Assembly: GCA_963744145.1 (NCBI GenBank)
Contig: CAVUSO010000001.1
Coordinates: 4,704,001 to 4,768,000 of the forward strand
DNA: 64,000 nt
Direction of reading: 5' to 3'
From: an uncultured cyanobacterium
Lineage (GTDB): Bacteria > Cyanobacteriota > Cyanobacteriia > Cyanobacteriales > CAWUOF01
Shown here: piece by piece, positions 37,598 to 48,338 of the stretch
How the letters are laid out: each line of letters opens with the position of its first letter
How positions within the stretch are numbered: position 1 is the first letter of the stretch
Notes under the pieces: generated by a model
The model's database searches: none
What the model was told of the DNA's origin: nothing
The model's input: only the letters and a program-made list of their open reading frames with translations
Program-made: the position numbers and the translations under genes

Positions 37598-39430
37598 TTA
37601 GGGTTTCCAACCATTAAAAATATTTGGTCTGATGACAGGAGTAGAAAACATTGCTTGAAAAGCTTGATCGCGCTGGGTCGGAGTTTCTGTGCCCCATTTT
37701 GATAAGCTTTCATAAAAAAAGAAAGATACACCAGAAAAACCTCGATCGCGTACAACTTGGATTTGATTTTGAATGTGGGTAACGGGAATGGAGCGTCCTT
37801 TTAAACCAGTAAAAATGCCGATCGCTACAGGGATATGACTTTTTGCTAGTTTTACTTCTTCCCGCTCTAACTCCGTGATAAATCTCTTCATGTCATCTCG
37901 ATATACTTGGAGGACTAATTCTTCAATCCATCCCCGTCGTTCCCAGGTAAACCAATCCTGTAAAGAAACTGGTAGGGAAAAATGCAAAGGATTAGGAGCT
38001 AGGGAAATAATGCAGTTATTTTTATGAGCTTTGATGGTTTGAAAAACTCGTTCCATGAACGCATTCATTTGATCCGATCGCCATCTTACCCAAAAACTAT
38101 CTTGATAATTATCAGGAGGAAGTTGTTTAGTTTCTTGCTGGTACATGGCTATGGTCGCAGGATCATAACCAAATTCAACTGGTAAGGCAAAATGGTCATC
38201 AAATTGAATGCCATCAACATCATAGTTACTGACAATTTCTGCGATCAAATCAAGCATAAATTGTTGCACTTCTGGATGAAGAGGATTTAACCAAACTCGA
38301 TCATATATACCTTCTTTTTCAATTAAAGAACCGTTGCGACGATGGGTGAGCCAATCGGGGTGACGCTGAACTAATTCAGAATCAGCAGGAGCCATAAATC
38401 CAAATTCAAACCAAGGAATCACACTCATTCCTTTTTGATGTCCTTGCCGAATTATTTCTTTCAGCATATCTCGTCCTTTCGTTCCTAAATCGGGATCGAG
38501 GGATGAATCTAAAGGTGTAACGAGACGTACTGAACGCCCAATCACTCGTTGGGCAACTTGACTGGGATAAAGAGTATAACCCCAATTCCATACAGTAGGA
38601 TAGATGGTATTAAAGTTTAATTGGGCTAGATGTTTAACTGCTTTGGTAATACCCTGTGGAGAAAATAAAACATCACTATCAATATTAGTAATCCAAGTTC
38701 CTCTAATTTCTTGAGATTGAACTTTGGGGGGATTGCTGGTCGGATTAGAGTTAACAATATATTGATTAGGAATTAGCCCGGAAAGCCCTAATGCTTGACA
38801 AAAGAAACTTGCTACTTCAGCACGACTAGCGGGTTGGGTGGGCTGCAAAGTTCTGAGATCAGGATAATTAACCACTAACTGTTTTTCTGTAGCCGCAGCG
38901 ATCGCATTACGGAAAGAATTAGGAATTGCTGCCACATCATCAAAAGCTGCATTTAATATTTGATCACTAGCTTGACTTGGACTATATTTTAATCCGGTCA
39001 CTAAAGCAACCAAAGCTTCACCGCGCTGGATTTTTTGATTGGGATTAAAAACTCTTTCTAAATAACCACTGAGAAATCCGGTCGTATAAGCATATTCAAT
39101 TGCATCCCCAGCCCAATAATTTGAGGGAATATCCACAAATTTAATTGGTTCACGCACCGCCGGGAGGGCTGGAAATGCTCCATTAATCATCACGGCAAAT
39201 TCAGTTCGGGTTAATGGTGCTTCTGGATGAAAAGACCCATCCTGATAGCCATTAATAATATGTCTTTTGGCTAGTTCTTCTATACAAGGTTGTGCCCAAT
39301 GATCTTGGACATCTGGAAATTTTGATTGAGCGGATACGGGAGAGAGAAACAGCGCGATCGCACTCATTAATCCAGCGAAGAGAGCAAATTTAGACCACCA
39401 TTTAGGGAATTTCAGCATATTGAGCCACAA
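37598..39430 (-). CDS. SLH-domain glycoside hydrolase family 10-like (GHL10/DUF187) protein
   Basis: Signal peptide, SLH repeats (FPDVQDHWA, GYQDGSFHP), EIRGTWIT, WFEFG and DGIQFDDHF. Confidence 0.9.
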   Translation of the reverse strand: MWLNMLKFPKWWSKFALFAGLMSAIALFLSPVSAQSKFPDVQDHWAQPCIEELAKRHIINGYQDGSFHPEAPLTRTEFAVMINGAFPALPAVREPIKFVDIPSNYWAGDAIEYAYTTGFLSGYLERVFNPNQKIQRGEALVALVTGLKYSPSQASDQILNAAFDDVAAIPNSFRNAIAAATEKQLVVNYPDLRTLQPTQPASRAEVASFFCQALGLSGLIPNQYIVNSNPTSNPPKVQSQEIRGTWITNIDSDVLFSPQGITKAVKHLAQLNFNTIYPTVWNWGYTLYPSQVAQRVIGRSVRLVTPLDSSLDPDLGTKGRDMLKEIIRQGHQKGMSVIPWFEFGFMAPADSELVQRHPDWLTHRRNGSLIEKEGIYDRVWLNPLHPEVQQFMLDLIAEIVSNYDVDGIQFDDHFALPVEFGYDPATIAMYQQETKQLPPDNYQDSFWVRWRSDQMNAFMERVFQTIKAHKNNCIISLAPNPLHFSLPVSLQDWFTWERRGWIEELVLQVYRDDMKRFITELEREEVKLAKSHIPVAIGIFTGLKGRSIPVTHIQNQIQVVRDRGFSGVSFFFYESLSKWGTETPTQRDQAFQAMFSTPVIRPNIFNGWKP

Positions 39431-39864
39431 AAACCTGATCCTACAGTAGCATTAGTAAAAATTTTACTATAATGGCACTATTAATAATATTGGCCAACCG
39501 CCCAGAATCAGAAATTATCGATTCACAACGGGTCAAAGATCAAATCAGAAAATCTGGTTCAAGCTATCCGAAATCACCCATCTAGGTGATGTAATTAAAT
39601 GAATAGGAATATATCTTCTTAATGTTTAATTTGGCAATATTTAAGAAATTCATAAATTATTACTTCAGCCAAGGAACTAAGTGTCATACTACAACCGTCT
39701 AGCTTCAAGTAGCTTGATTTAAAATATTGCTGGTGCGTTACTTGTATAAGCTAGTCACCTAATCTTGAATCCAATTGCGAGAATCTGCTTGTACATACCC
39801 CAACGAGTCGCGTGCCCACAATTTTTCCACTTGTTTCTTACAGCACCAATTCGTGAGGAGTCTT

Positions 39865-40338
39865 ATGAACGATAATACCCAAAACCACTCTCCTACGCAA
39901 CCACGTCCTCTGGTTCTAGCTTTAATGCTCACTAGTATTCTGGCTTTCCAGGTATATCCGACGCTAACTAACAAAGCAGGTGCTGTTTCTAGTCCTCTCG
40001 AACTCAAACACCAAATCGGCTTGATTAAAAGAGAATTAATTGACCAAAATCTGGCAACCGATTTATCTAATGAGTTACCCCAACAAGTAGCTAATGCTGT
40101 TTTTCAAGATATTTTTCAAAAACAGGGAATTTCTCCACAAGCTCTCCGGATTGTAGCAGCTCAACAAAAAGAATGGCCAAATGGTTGTTTGGGTTTAGCT
40201 GAAAAAGATGTTTTTTGTACTGAAGCCATAGTTCGTGGATGGAAAGTAGTTGTCACTACAGCACAACAGTCTCAATTAGCTTGGACTTATCGCACTAATG
40301 GGTCTGGAACTAGCGTGAAGTTAGAACAGTCTAAATGA
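39865..40338 (+). CDS. Hypothetical exported protein
   Basis: SD GAGGAG, hydrophobic N-region, WPNGCLGL...CTEAIVRGW...YRTN motif. Confidence 0.7.
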   Translation: MNDNTQNHSPTQPRPLVLALMLTSILAFQVYPTLTNKAGAVSSPLELKHQIGLIKRELIDQNLATDLSNELPQQVANAVFQDIFQKQGISPQALRIVAAQQKEWPNGCLGLAEKDVFCTEAIVRGWKVVVTTAQQSQLAWTYRTNGSGTSVKLEQSK

Positions 40339-40366
40339 GATTAAGGATTTGTAATTAATCTTGCTG

Positions 40367-40404
40367 ATCAAGATAATCCGTCTAAGCGGGTTATCTTGTT
40401 TTTA
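40367..40404 (+). terminator. Probable intrinsic terminator
   Basis: CAAGATAATCCG-loop-CGGGTTATCTTG followed by a T run. Confidence 0.55.
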
Positions 40405-40707
40405 TAAGTATGAGTACATCAGTCTGACATTTTTAACTATTTTTAATAGTAAAAATTGCAGCGGATAATTAAAGATTTAGTAAATTATCCAGCTTCTACA
40501 TATATTTACGGTATTAATATTTATACCTATTCTGTTAAAATTCTAAATAAGATCAGGCTGATTGCTATTTTCTAGCGACTGGTCAGATTTTAACTAATTA
40601 GGTGTTTGCTCAAGCCCAATTTAATCAAGGGTGCAAGGGGCTTATGATTTTGAGGATGTCACATCCAATCCCTATTCCCACTTACAGGATCTCATCTGTG
40701 AGGATTT

Positions 40708-40893
40708 ATGCAAAATACTTCCAATACCCCCCTTGAATCTGAGAAAAAAAGTTCTATTATTCTACATAGAATGTTTTTGGCATTAATTTTTACAGGAATA
40801 TTATATATAACTGTTATGCCAAGTATACCCCTATCTTCATCCGCTATCCCTAGGGCTACTAAAGATGAGCTGAAGTTTTCCCTGTCTTTCTAG
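40708..40893 (+). CDS. Small single-TM hypothetical protein
   Basis: SD GAGGA and hydrophobic stretch MFLALIFTGILYITVM. Confidence 0.5.
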   Translation: MQNTSNTPLESEKKSSIILHRMFLALIFTGILYITVMPSIPLSSSAIPRATKDELKFSLSF

Positions 40894-41050
40894 GATCTGA
40901 AAGAGTTGGATCATCGTGGATGGGTCATGGTGGTAACTAGTAGGGCCGATCTGTGAAAATATAAACTCCGGTTTTTTGATCGGGATAGTGTTGTATTTTG
41001 ATCGGAGTTACTTTAAAATTCTGTTCATTAAGAATTTATTGATCAAGTTT

Positions 41051-41653
41051 ATGAATGATCAAATCTTACATCGTGAGTATCTAAAGGCACAATTTCCCCA
41101 ACACCAAAAGCCAAATCGGAGTGTGCAAAGTCAGTTTGCCCAAGAACAAAGTTTTTACTATTTTGCTTATGGTTCTTGTATGTGTCCTGTGGATTTAAAG
41201 CGATCGCTAGGAGAGAATACCTATAATTATGTGATTGGTCCAGCAATTTTAACTGGATATCGGTTAGGTTTTTATTGTCATTATCGTCGTCGTAACTGTG
41301 GTGTTCTTGATATCGTCAAAGATCCCCATGCTTGTGTCCAGGGTGTGTTGTATCGTTTACCTTGGCGACTGAGCGATCGTCTTGATGAGCGAGAGGATGT
41401 TCCTGGTGGTTTATATCAACGGGAAATTATCTCAGTCTATACCCAAAATCAGCTCTATGAAAAAGTTAGAACCTATACAGTAATTAATAAATTGTCAGAA
41501 GAACAAGCTCCAAATGACTGGTATTCCAATATAGTTTTGCGTGGAGCTTCTACCTGTGGACTACCAGAACCCTATTACTGGCAATTATTTAACCATATAC
41601 ACCAATTACAACAGCGTCACTATCAAACTCAACTACATCGTAGCTGCACTTAG
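41051..41653 (+). CDS. Gamma-glutamylcyclotransferase family protein
   Basis: YYFAYGSCM, VQGVLY and LDERE motifs. Confidence 0.88.
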   Translation: MNDQILHREYLKAQFPQHQKPNRSVQSQFAQEQSFYYFAYGSCMCPVDLKRSLGENTYNYVIGPAILTGYRLGFYCHYRRRNCGVLDIVKDPHACVQGVLYRLPWRLSDRLDEREDVPGGLYQREIISVYTQNQLYEKVRTYTVINKLSEEQAPNDWYSNIVLRGASTCGLPEPYYWQLFNHIHQLQQRHYQTQLHRSCT

Positions 41654-41784
41654 GCTCAAATAGGATGTACCTGGACTGATGGTAGGGCGATCGAGAACCT
41701 GACTTTTCCCGTTATTTTTTTTGGCTAGTAATGTTTACAGCCATCACAGAGCTTAAAGTTGTATTGTGCAAGTTAGATATTTAT

Positions 41785-42342
41785 CTACAAAATCTCATCA
41801 ACCCTAATTACTAAATCTGGAAAGGCAAGAGGTGAGATTGAGTTACCGCGTCTGAATTGTTGGATACTTTCATAACCATTAGAACCAGGGTTGCGATAAA
41901 CCTCGACCAATTCGGCCCTGATATCTACGATCCAAAGTTCAATAATTCCTGCTTGACTGTAGAGGACTGATTTCACATTACGATCGTTGTTAATGGTAGT
42001 ATCCGCTACTTCAATTAATAGATATACATCTTGAGGTTGTGGGAGCTGATCCCTGTAACAATCTTCACGCAATTTCAAAATTGATAGATCGGGCTCTGGT
42101 TCTAATCCTCCATTTAGCCTGACCGGGCTTTGCATTACGACAAAAGCACAATTATTTAAAAGGCTGGGGAAAATTCTATTCAATCGAATCAAACAGCTTA
42201 AATGACGAGTACCCATTGGTGCCATAAGAATAATATCCCCATCAATTAGTTCTGTCCGTTCATCTGGTCCAATTATCCCAACCTCACCTAGTTTGTGATA
42301 TTCCTCTACAGTGAATTTTTTTCTTGTTGCAACTATGGTCAT
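41785..42342 (-). CDS. Uma2-family endonuclease
   Basis: FTVEEYHKL, ELIDG, EPEPD, LLIEVAD and YSQAGIIELWIVD. Confidence 0.9.
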   Translation of the reverse strand: MTIVATRKKFTVEEYHKLGEVGIIGPDERTELIDGDIILMAPMGTRHLSCLIRLNRIFPSLLNNCAFVVMQSPVRLNGGLEPEPDLSILKLREDCYRDQLPQPQDVYLLIEVADTTINNDRNVKSVLYSQAGIIELWIVDIRAELVEVYRNPGSNGYESIQQFRRGNSISPLAFPDLVIRVDEIL

Positions 42343-42620
42343 AATTCTCACCATCCTATACTTGCGATCAGCTCGTGATACTTGTTCCAGATTTTGTCTA
42401 TCATACCATTTAAACGACGCAAATACGTTAAATTTTCCGGCTATTCGATCGCTAGATCGTCGTATGTTGTGCCAGGTTTACCCTATTAACTAAATTTTGA
42501 TGGGGATAATATCAAGATTTGTTAACTTATCGCCAAAATTGAGGAATATTTATAAGATTTTGTAAAAATGAATACAGAAAATCTTAGATTTATATTTTCC
42601 CAATGCCACGGAGAAGTTAT

Positions 42621-42860
42621 ATGTCTCGACCAGCAAGTCCCGTTTATTCGTCAGTGCTAGAGGGAGCGATCGCTTCCGGTTGGAGTCCCGTTTGCCACAT
42701 TACCTACAACCGGGATACATGGGTCAAGTTACTGCAAGCTCCAAGTGAGTATGCTGCTTCAGAAGCAAAGTTACTCTGTGAGGAATCCTCCGATCGCTGG
42801 GTCACATGGGTGCCGGATCATGGTGAAGCGGTTCTAGATAGAAGTGAGTTCTATTGTTGA
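42621..42860 (+). CDS. Small cyanobacterial hypothetical protein
   Basis: WVKLLQAPSEYA..EAKLLC...WVTWVPDHGEAVL. Confidence 0.7.
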   Translation: MSRPASPVYSSVLEGAIASGWSPVCHITYNRDTWVKLLQAPSEYAASEAKLLCEESSDRWVTWVPDHGEAVLDRSEFYC

Positions 42861-42890
42861 TTCAGGGAAGTTTTAATTTATACCACTCAA

Positions 42891-43202
42891 TTGACAGATC
42901 AAAAGATCATAAAGGTGAAGGTGATGAATACCGAATCGTTAATAGATTGGGATGAAATGTTTGAGTACCTACCGGGGATGATCGTCGAATTAAAAGACAA
43001 ACCCGGGGTTTTTCATCAGATTGATTACTATGAAGTAATGATGGTGCCACCAATCTGGTTAGTCAATGATCCCCGTCCACGTTACCCTAGCGAATTGCGG
43101 ATTGTGTCGCGTCAAGCAGTCCAAGTTTGTGAATTAGAACCTGTTAGTAGTCAATCGGGTTCCATTCCAAATCCATATACATATATATCTGCAAATTTAT
43201 AA
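42891..43202 (+). CDS. Small cyanobacterial hypothetical protein
   Basis: MMVPPIWLVNDPRPRYP motif. The start may be the ATG at 42924. Confidence 0.6.
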   Translation: MTDQKIIKVKVMNTESLIDWDEMFEYLPGMIVELKDKPGVFHQIDYYEVMMVPPIWLVNDPRPRYPSELRIVSRQAVQVCELEPVSSQSGSIPNPYTYISANL

Positions 43203-44010
43203 CGTTCGTCTTTTTCGCGCCATTGGACAACACCTATTTCACCCAGAACAGAAACAAATTCTTCAAAACTTCCGAGCAGACGATCTGATATCTTATTCCA
43301 GATTGCCTGCAATTGTTCTTTTGATAAAAAAGCTGATTCTCCTTTCAGCAAATCAAAAAATATAGTCAAATAACCATATTCCTCTTTAATTTCCTCACAA
43401 CGTTTTTTTGATGCTTCCCGCAAACCAAATTCTAGGGATTTCCCTTGGAGTAAACGCTCTGTCCGCAATTTACTTGTAGGTAGTCCTTGATAACTTAGCT
43501 CTTGCTCTTTTGCGGCTTTGAGTAATATACTTAAACTGCGAGGAAAATTAGTACCACTTGAGTCTGTTAATCTTTCATAAACCCATTGAGATACTTTTTT
43601 AGCCCGATTTCCACCTCGACGACTTCCCCAAAGAATTTCTAAAACTTTATCAATAGTATCTTCACTAGCTTGATCAATACTTTCAATTGCGATCGGAGAA
43701 ATTCGGTCAACTAAATTCTTAAAATCTTCAGATTGTAGGGTTTGACGAAGTGCTAATCGTAAAAAGTCAATCCGATTCAATTGTAAAATAATATCGCGTC
43801 CAGTAAAATAACTTTTGTTATCAAAGATTAAACGATTCCAAATATCTTCCCTCAAGAATATTTTAAACCTAATTTCTGCTAATCTATGAGCATCACAAGA
43901 TTGAACTAATTGAAATAATCCAGTTAATGCTGATTGTCTTACTTCTCTTTTTTCAGAAAAATCTTCATCTAAATCATCGTAGAGAAACCATAATTTTTGA
44001 GACTTATCCC
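43151..44010 (-). pseudogene. C-terminal fragment of a P-loop ATPase, truncated by IS701
   Basis: The frame extends upstream of the ORF-track start (LWFLYDDLDEDF Walker B, KIFLREDIW) up to the IS end near 44010. No Walker A or start codon. Confidence 0.7.
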
Positions 44011-45277
44011 TATGATTGTCACTCTAGATAAAGTATAATAGGGACAATAAGCTAAAAGTCTCATCTGATATATGGTAGAACCAAAATCAAGCCCTCAAAC
44101 GGTCAGCTTTATCGATGACTATTGTCAATATTATCAAAAGCTGTTTCCAGAAGTGCGAAGCTTTACAGCTTTTAAATATTTGTACATTGGGTTACTTTCG
44201 GAATTAAAACGGAAATCCTGACCAGAAATTGCGAAACTGGTTGGGTTAAAAAATTCCCAATCATTACATCATTTTTTCCAAAACTCACCCTGGTTAGCCG
44301 AGCAATTAAAATTAGCGCGATTGCAATTAATCTTAAAAATTTTAAATGGCAGAGAAATTACTGCGATCGTTGATGAAACAGGAGACCCAAAAAAAGGAAA
44401 AACTACAGATTATGTCAAGCGGCAATATATTGGGAACTTGGGTCAGCTAGAAAACGGAATTGTAGCGGTAACGGTATATGGTTTAATTGATCACTTAACT
44501 ATTCCTCTGACCTTTGAAGTTTATCAACCGCAAGAGCGACTAAACCCAGGAGATAAATATAAAATAAACCACAACTAGCTGGTGAAATGTTAAAAGAGCG
44601 ACCGAGGATGGGATTTAATTTTAAATTAGTTTTATACCAATTAACTATGAAATTGCACTTAATCTGAGGTTGATCTGTTAGGCCAGGGCAGGTTTATAAT
44701 GGTGATCTGTTGGTGGCAAAATTGACTGGTGAACCTGCCCCTACCAATTTTATCCTCAATTTGCGGATTTCTGTAGTAGGGGCGGGTTCGCCCAGATTTT
44801 TGAAATTTACCAATTAATTAGAAAAACCCGCCCGGGTTCACCGAGATGTTTGACATTTACCTACTAATCATCAAAACCCACCCTCACCCACAGATCAATA
44901 TACATCAATGTATCTTCATGGTGAATTGGTATTAGCAGATAGCTTATATGGTGAAAGTGCCAGTAATTTTATTAGTGTATTAGATGAATTACAGCTTAAC
45001 TTTGTGATGTCAATTCGGAGTAGCCACAAGGTGCTGATGGCAAAAGGCCAAAAAGTTCTCAGGAATAGATGGCGGAAATTTGAGCGAGTTTTTACCAATG
45101 GAAAAACCCAAGAACGATAGATAAGAGAAATAATTTTTGGTCAACGTCGTTGTGATCAATATTGGCAAATTACGACAGACAAAGAGGAATTATCTCAGAA
45201 TGAGACTTGGTATGTAATCACCAAAGTTCCGGGGATTAAGTATGAGCAATTTGGTCAATTCTATGGATTAAGAACTT
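44011..45277 (+). mobile_element. Degenerate IS701-family element (transposase pseudogene from ATG 44072)
   Basis: IDDYC..Y..LFPEVRSF, IVDETGDPKKGKTTDYVKRQYIGNLG and VLADSLYG. Premature stops, a frameshift, a MITE insertion and a truncated 3' end. Boundaries approximate. Confidence 0.85.
44635..44931. mobile_element. 297-bp MITE with TACCAATT ends and TTA target duplication inside the IS701 transposase
   Basis: GTT TTA|TACCAATT...AATTGGTA|TTA GCA GAT. Removing it restores KLVLADSLYG. Confidence 0.85.
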
Positions 45278-45430
45278 TCATCCCCCCTACGTTCGGCAAC
45301 ATACTGGATAGATCACTTAAATTGATTTTGAGCGAGGCGATCGCGCGATCAGAATAACCTAGCATGATCAAAATTTTACCATAATTTCAGCCAACTTGCT
45401 AAAATGCGATCGGAGTATTTATGATCACAG

Positions 45431-46483
45431 ATGAACCAGCCTCAAACCGAATTCGATAGTCCGTGGAAAGACATACTAGAACTTTATTTTGCCGATTTTA
45501 TCCGGTTCTTTCTGCCAACAGCTTATGCAGAAATCGACTGGGAACGTCCCCCAGAATTTTTGGACAAAGAACTGCAAAAAGTGGTGCGGGATGCAGAACT
45601 GGGGAGACGATTAGTGGATAAGTTAGTCAAGGTTTGGCGCAAAAATGGTACAGAAACTTGGGTATTAATTCACATCGAAGTCCAAAACCAAGAAGAATCG
45701 GAATTTAGCGAACGAATGTTTGTTTATAATTACCGCATCTATGACAAGTATCGCCGACCAGTAGTCAGTTTAGCCATCTTAGGAGACGAACGCAAAAATT
45801 GGCGACCCCAGGAATTTGGTTATCAATTATGGGAAACCAAAGTTCAGTTTAACTTTAAAGTAGTCAAGTTGCTAGACTACTTGACGCAATGGTCAGAGTT
45901 AGAGACCAGCCGCAACCCTTTTGCTATAGTAGTAATGGCTCATCTCAAAGCCCAACAGACCAAGGATGATCGTCAGGAACGGAAAAAATGGAAATTGATG
46001 TTAATCAGACGACTGTATGAGCAGAACTACTCAAGAATAGATGTAATTAATTTATTTCAATTTATCGATTGGGTGATGAGTCTACCAAGGGAGTTAGAGC
46101 AGGAGTTTTGGCAAGAAGTACAACAATTAGAGGAGGAAAGAAGTATGCCATATATCACCAGTGTCCAAAGAATCGGTCGTGAAGAGGGCCGTCAAGTCGG
46201 GATTCAAGAGGGTCGTCAAGTCGGGATTCAAGAGGGTCGTCAAGTCGGGATTCAAGAGGGTCGTCAAGTCGGGATTCAAGAGGGTCGTCAAGTCGGGTTA
46301 TTAAAAGGGATTGAACTAGGTTTAAAGCTCAAATTTGGTGCTCCAGGTTTAGCCCTTCTCCCGGAAATTTTGGGCATTACCGATCCTGGTCGATTGGAAA
46401 CGATTTTGTTAGGATTAGAAACTGCTTCTACTTTAGATGAATGGCGGACTCTCTATCAGTCCACCAATTCAGATTCAGTTTGA
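45431..46483 (+). CDS. Rpn/YhgA-like PD-(D/E)XK nuclease (transposase_31-related)
   Basis: FDSPWK, VDKLVKV, LIHIEVQ and RMFVYNYRI, with a C-terminal MPYITS plus EG-repeat tail. Confidence 0.85.
   Translation: MNQPQTEFDSPWKDILELYFADFIRFFLPTAYAEIDWERPPEFLDKELQKVVRDAELGRRLVDKLVKVWRKNGTETWVLIHIEVQNQEESEFSERMFVYNYRIYDKYRRPVVSLAILGDERKNWRPQEFGYQLWETKVQFNFKVVKLLDYLTQWSELETSRNPFAIVVMAHLKAQQTKDDRQERKKWKLMLIRRLYEQNYSRIDVINLFQFIDWVMSLPRELEQEFWQEVQQLEEERSMPYITSVQRIGREEGRQVGIQEGRQVGIQEGRQVGIQEGRQVGIQEGRQVGLLKGIELGLKLKFGAPGLALLPEILGITDPGRLETILLGLETASTLDEWRTLYQSTNSDSV
46145..46483 (+). CDS. Probable internal in-frame small protein (RpnS-like antitoxin)
   Basis: Perfect SD AGGAGG at 46131-46136, 8 nt before the in-frame ATG at 46145. 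Confidence 0.6.
   Translation: MPYITSVQRIGREEGRQVGIQEGRQVGIQEGRQVGIQEGRQVGIQEGRQVGLLKGIELGLKLKFGAPGLALLPEILGITDPGRLETILLGLETASTLDEWRTLYQSTNSDSV
46181..46300 (+). repeat. Five 24-bp coding tandem repeats (QEGRQVGI)
   Basis: Consecutive CAAGAGGGTCGTCAAGTCGGGATT units. Confidence 0.95.
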
Positions 46484-46576
46484 GTCAATATTTATGGCGA
46501 TCGCTTTAACTAAAAATCTCTCACCGCGATCGCCAAGCGATAAAAATAAGTTCAAAGTATTAACAAAGATTTAGCA

Positions 46577-47353
46577 TTACCCATATCGAATGGCAACAAG
46601 TAATTCATCAACCCACTGTTGGTCAGACTCCGATAGCTTTGGTAAAGGAACGGGTTGATGATAATCAATGCGAATGTGATAGCTACCGCGCTCATAAACA
46701 CCCAGTACAATAGCTTGTAAATCGACTGCTAATTCTGGCTCATTCGATTTGAGGGGTAACCAGAAGTTGGGGATTGGCTCTCTCAATTGAAATTCATATA
46801 AATCTGCCATTGGTCGAGTAGTAGCTCGGCTCACTACAATCCGATAGTCGCTTATTTCTTCTACTCCAATCATGGGCATAGGTGTATTTTCTCGCAGTAA
46901 ATCAATCTCAATTAGGTGAGATGAACTGCTCAGTATGCGTTGTCTTTTCTTCTCATAAATAGTTCGTCCTTCGCCTTTGCGCTTATTTTTGGGTGATAGT
47001 ACCTCAATTACAGTAATCACCTGATGAGTGCCCACTTCCCGCACTTCTAAATAGCGCTCTTTTACTTCAATTGACATCGGGAGTCGGATTTGTTTGGGGA
47101 GAGGTTGAGTAGCGATCGCTTGGGTCGCGATCGGAGTTTTTGAGGTTGTCAGTACAATAGCATCGGGGATTCCCACCAGTAATTCATGATGATCGTCATC
47201 TAGATAAGTGCGAGTTTCGATCGCTACATAGTACATGGGTTGTAGAGCGGGAGTAAGTGTATCAGAAATTGCCACAATCAATCGGTTGTGAAATTCGTGC
47301 CAGAGGGCTGATAATTCCAGATAGGGGTTCATCCCAGGAAATGGGGATGGCAT
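46577..47353 (-). CDS. DUF4058-family protein
   Basis: MPSPFPGMNPYLE, IEVLSPKNK and HLIEIDLLR. Confidence 0.85.
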   Translation of the reverse strand: MPSPFPGMNPYLELSALWHEFHNRLIVAISDTLTPALQPMYYVAIETRTYLDDDHHELLVGIPDAIVLTTSKTPIATQAIATQPLPKQIRLPMSIEVKERYLEVREVGTHQVITVIEVLSPKNKRKGEGRTIYEKKRQRILSSSSHLIEIDLLRENTPMPMIGVEEISDYRIVVSRATTRPMADLYEFQLREPIPNFWLPLKSNEPELAVDLQAIVLGVYERGSYHIRIDYHQPVPLPKLSESDQQWVDELLVAIRYG

Positions 47354-47423
47354 CGATGAAACTCCCATAGGATAAAGATTCTCAATTAATATATCCTAAT
47401 ACCTAAATTTGTGCCTTGGTGTT

Positions 47424-47602
47424 ATGAATTTGGCTATCAGTTATGGGAAACCAAAGTTCAGTTTAACTTTAAAGTAGTCAAGTTGCTAGACTACCTGACT
47501 CAATAGCCAGATTTAGAGACAAACCGCAATATTTTTGCTATAGTAGTAATAGCTCATAGCCCAAGAAACCAAGGATAATTGCCAGAAATGGCAAAAATGG
47601 AA
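47424..47602 (+). pseudogene. Degenerate internal fragment of the Rpn gene
   Basis: Near copy of about 45812-45992 (TATGGGAAACCAAAGTTCAGTTTAACTTTAAAGTAGTCAAGTTGCTAGACTAC) with a stop and a small deletion. Confidence 0.8.
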
Positions 47603-47639
47603 CATTTTCAGGAAGAATCCCTTTAAAACTTCTACATTT

Positions 47640-48338
47640 ATGGATAAACAGCTATACGAACTTATTACAGAAGTGTGTCAACACCCCTTGAAAAACCTGA
47701 AAAGACGAAAGACGATCAATCTGTTGCTGATCGAAATTCAAAGATTACCAGGATTACTGAAATCGTCCCATCCAGACTACTTAGACGCTTTAAATCGGAC
47801 ACTAGAGTGGGTAAATCAAAAACTTTGTCAAGACTTCAATCCTGATCAACCCTTGGTGCAAAAGCGTTTCCAACAATGGGTCAACAGTTACTTGTACTGG
47901 CGAATTAGAGATTTATACTCATCAAAAAAAACCGCTCTTAGCTTAGATCCACCCATAGGAAACGATCGAAGCGAAACTTCTCTAGTATATCTGCTATCAA
48001 AAACAGGTTTTGAACCTTGTCCTACACTTACTGGAATTGATGGTTATATTGAAAAATTAGAAAGAGAGCAACAGCAGGTGCTTGGGCTAAAATTAGAACA
48101 ACATATTTTGGCAGATCCAAATGGAAAATTGCAAAATTGTCATCCTAAAAGTTATCCAAATTGTAACGCTCAATTACTCAGCACTAGAGTTCTATTAAAA
48201 GACCCACCAGATAAATTTAGCGCGATCGCACTTGAGCTTTCGATCAACTACCAAACTCTCAAATCACATTGGGAAAGAAAATGTCGTCCTCTGTTGCAAG
48301 AAATTTTACTAGAATTAGGATATAAATCTGAGGTTTAA
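47640..48338 (+). CDS. Sigma-70/ECF-like (HetZ-related) regulator, copy 2
   Basis: LPGLLKSSHPDY, WVNSYLYWRIRD and HTH FSAIALELSINYQTLKSHWERKC. Confidence 0.7.
   Translation: MDKQLYELITEVCQHPLKNLKRRKTINLLLIEIQRLPGLLKSSHPDYLDALNRTLEWVNQKLCQDFNPDQPLVQKRFQQWVNSYLYWRIRDLYSSKKTALSLDPPIGNDRSETSLVYLLSKTGFEPCPTLTGIDGYIEKLEREQQQVLGLKLEQHILADPNGKLQNCHPKSYPNCNAQLLSTRVLLKDPPDKFSAIALELSINYQTLKSHWERKCRPLLQEILLELGYKSEV

Noticed and set aside
44908..45120. ORFs 44321..44578 and 44908..45120 as independent genes
   Set aside because: They are pieces of the broken IS701 transposase. The second starts inside the MITE end.
46181..46300. CRISPR array
   Set aside because: The 24-bp units are contiguous with no spacers and encode an in-frame peptide repeat.
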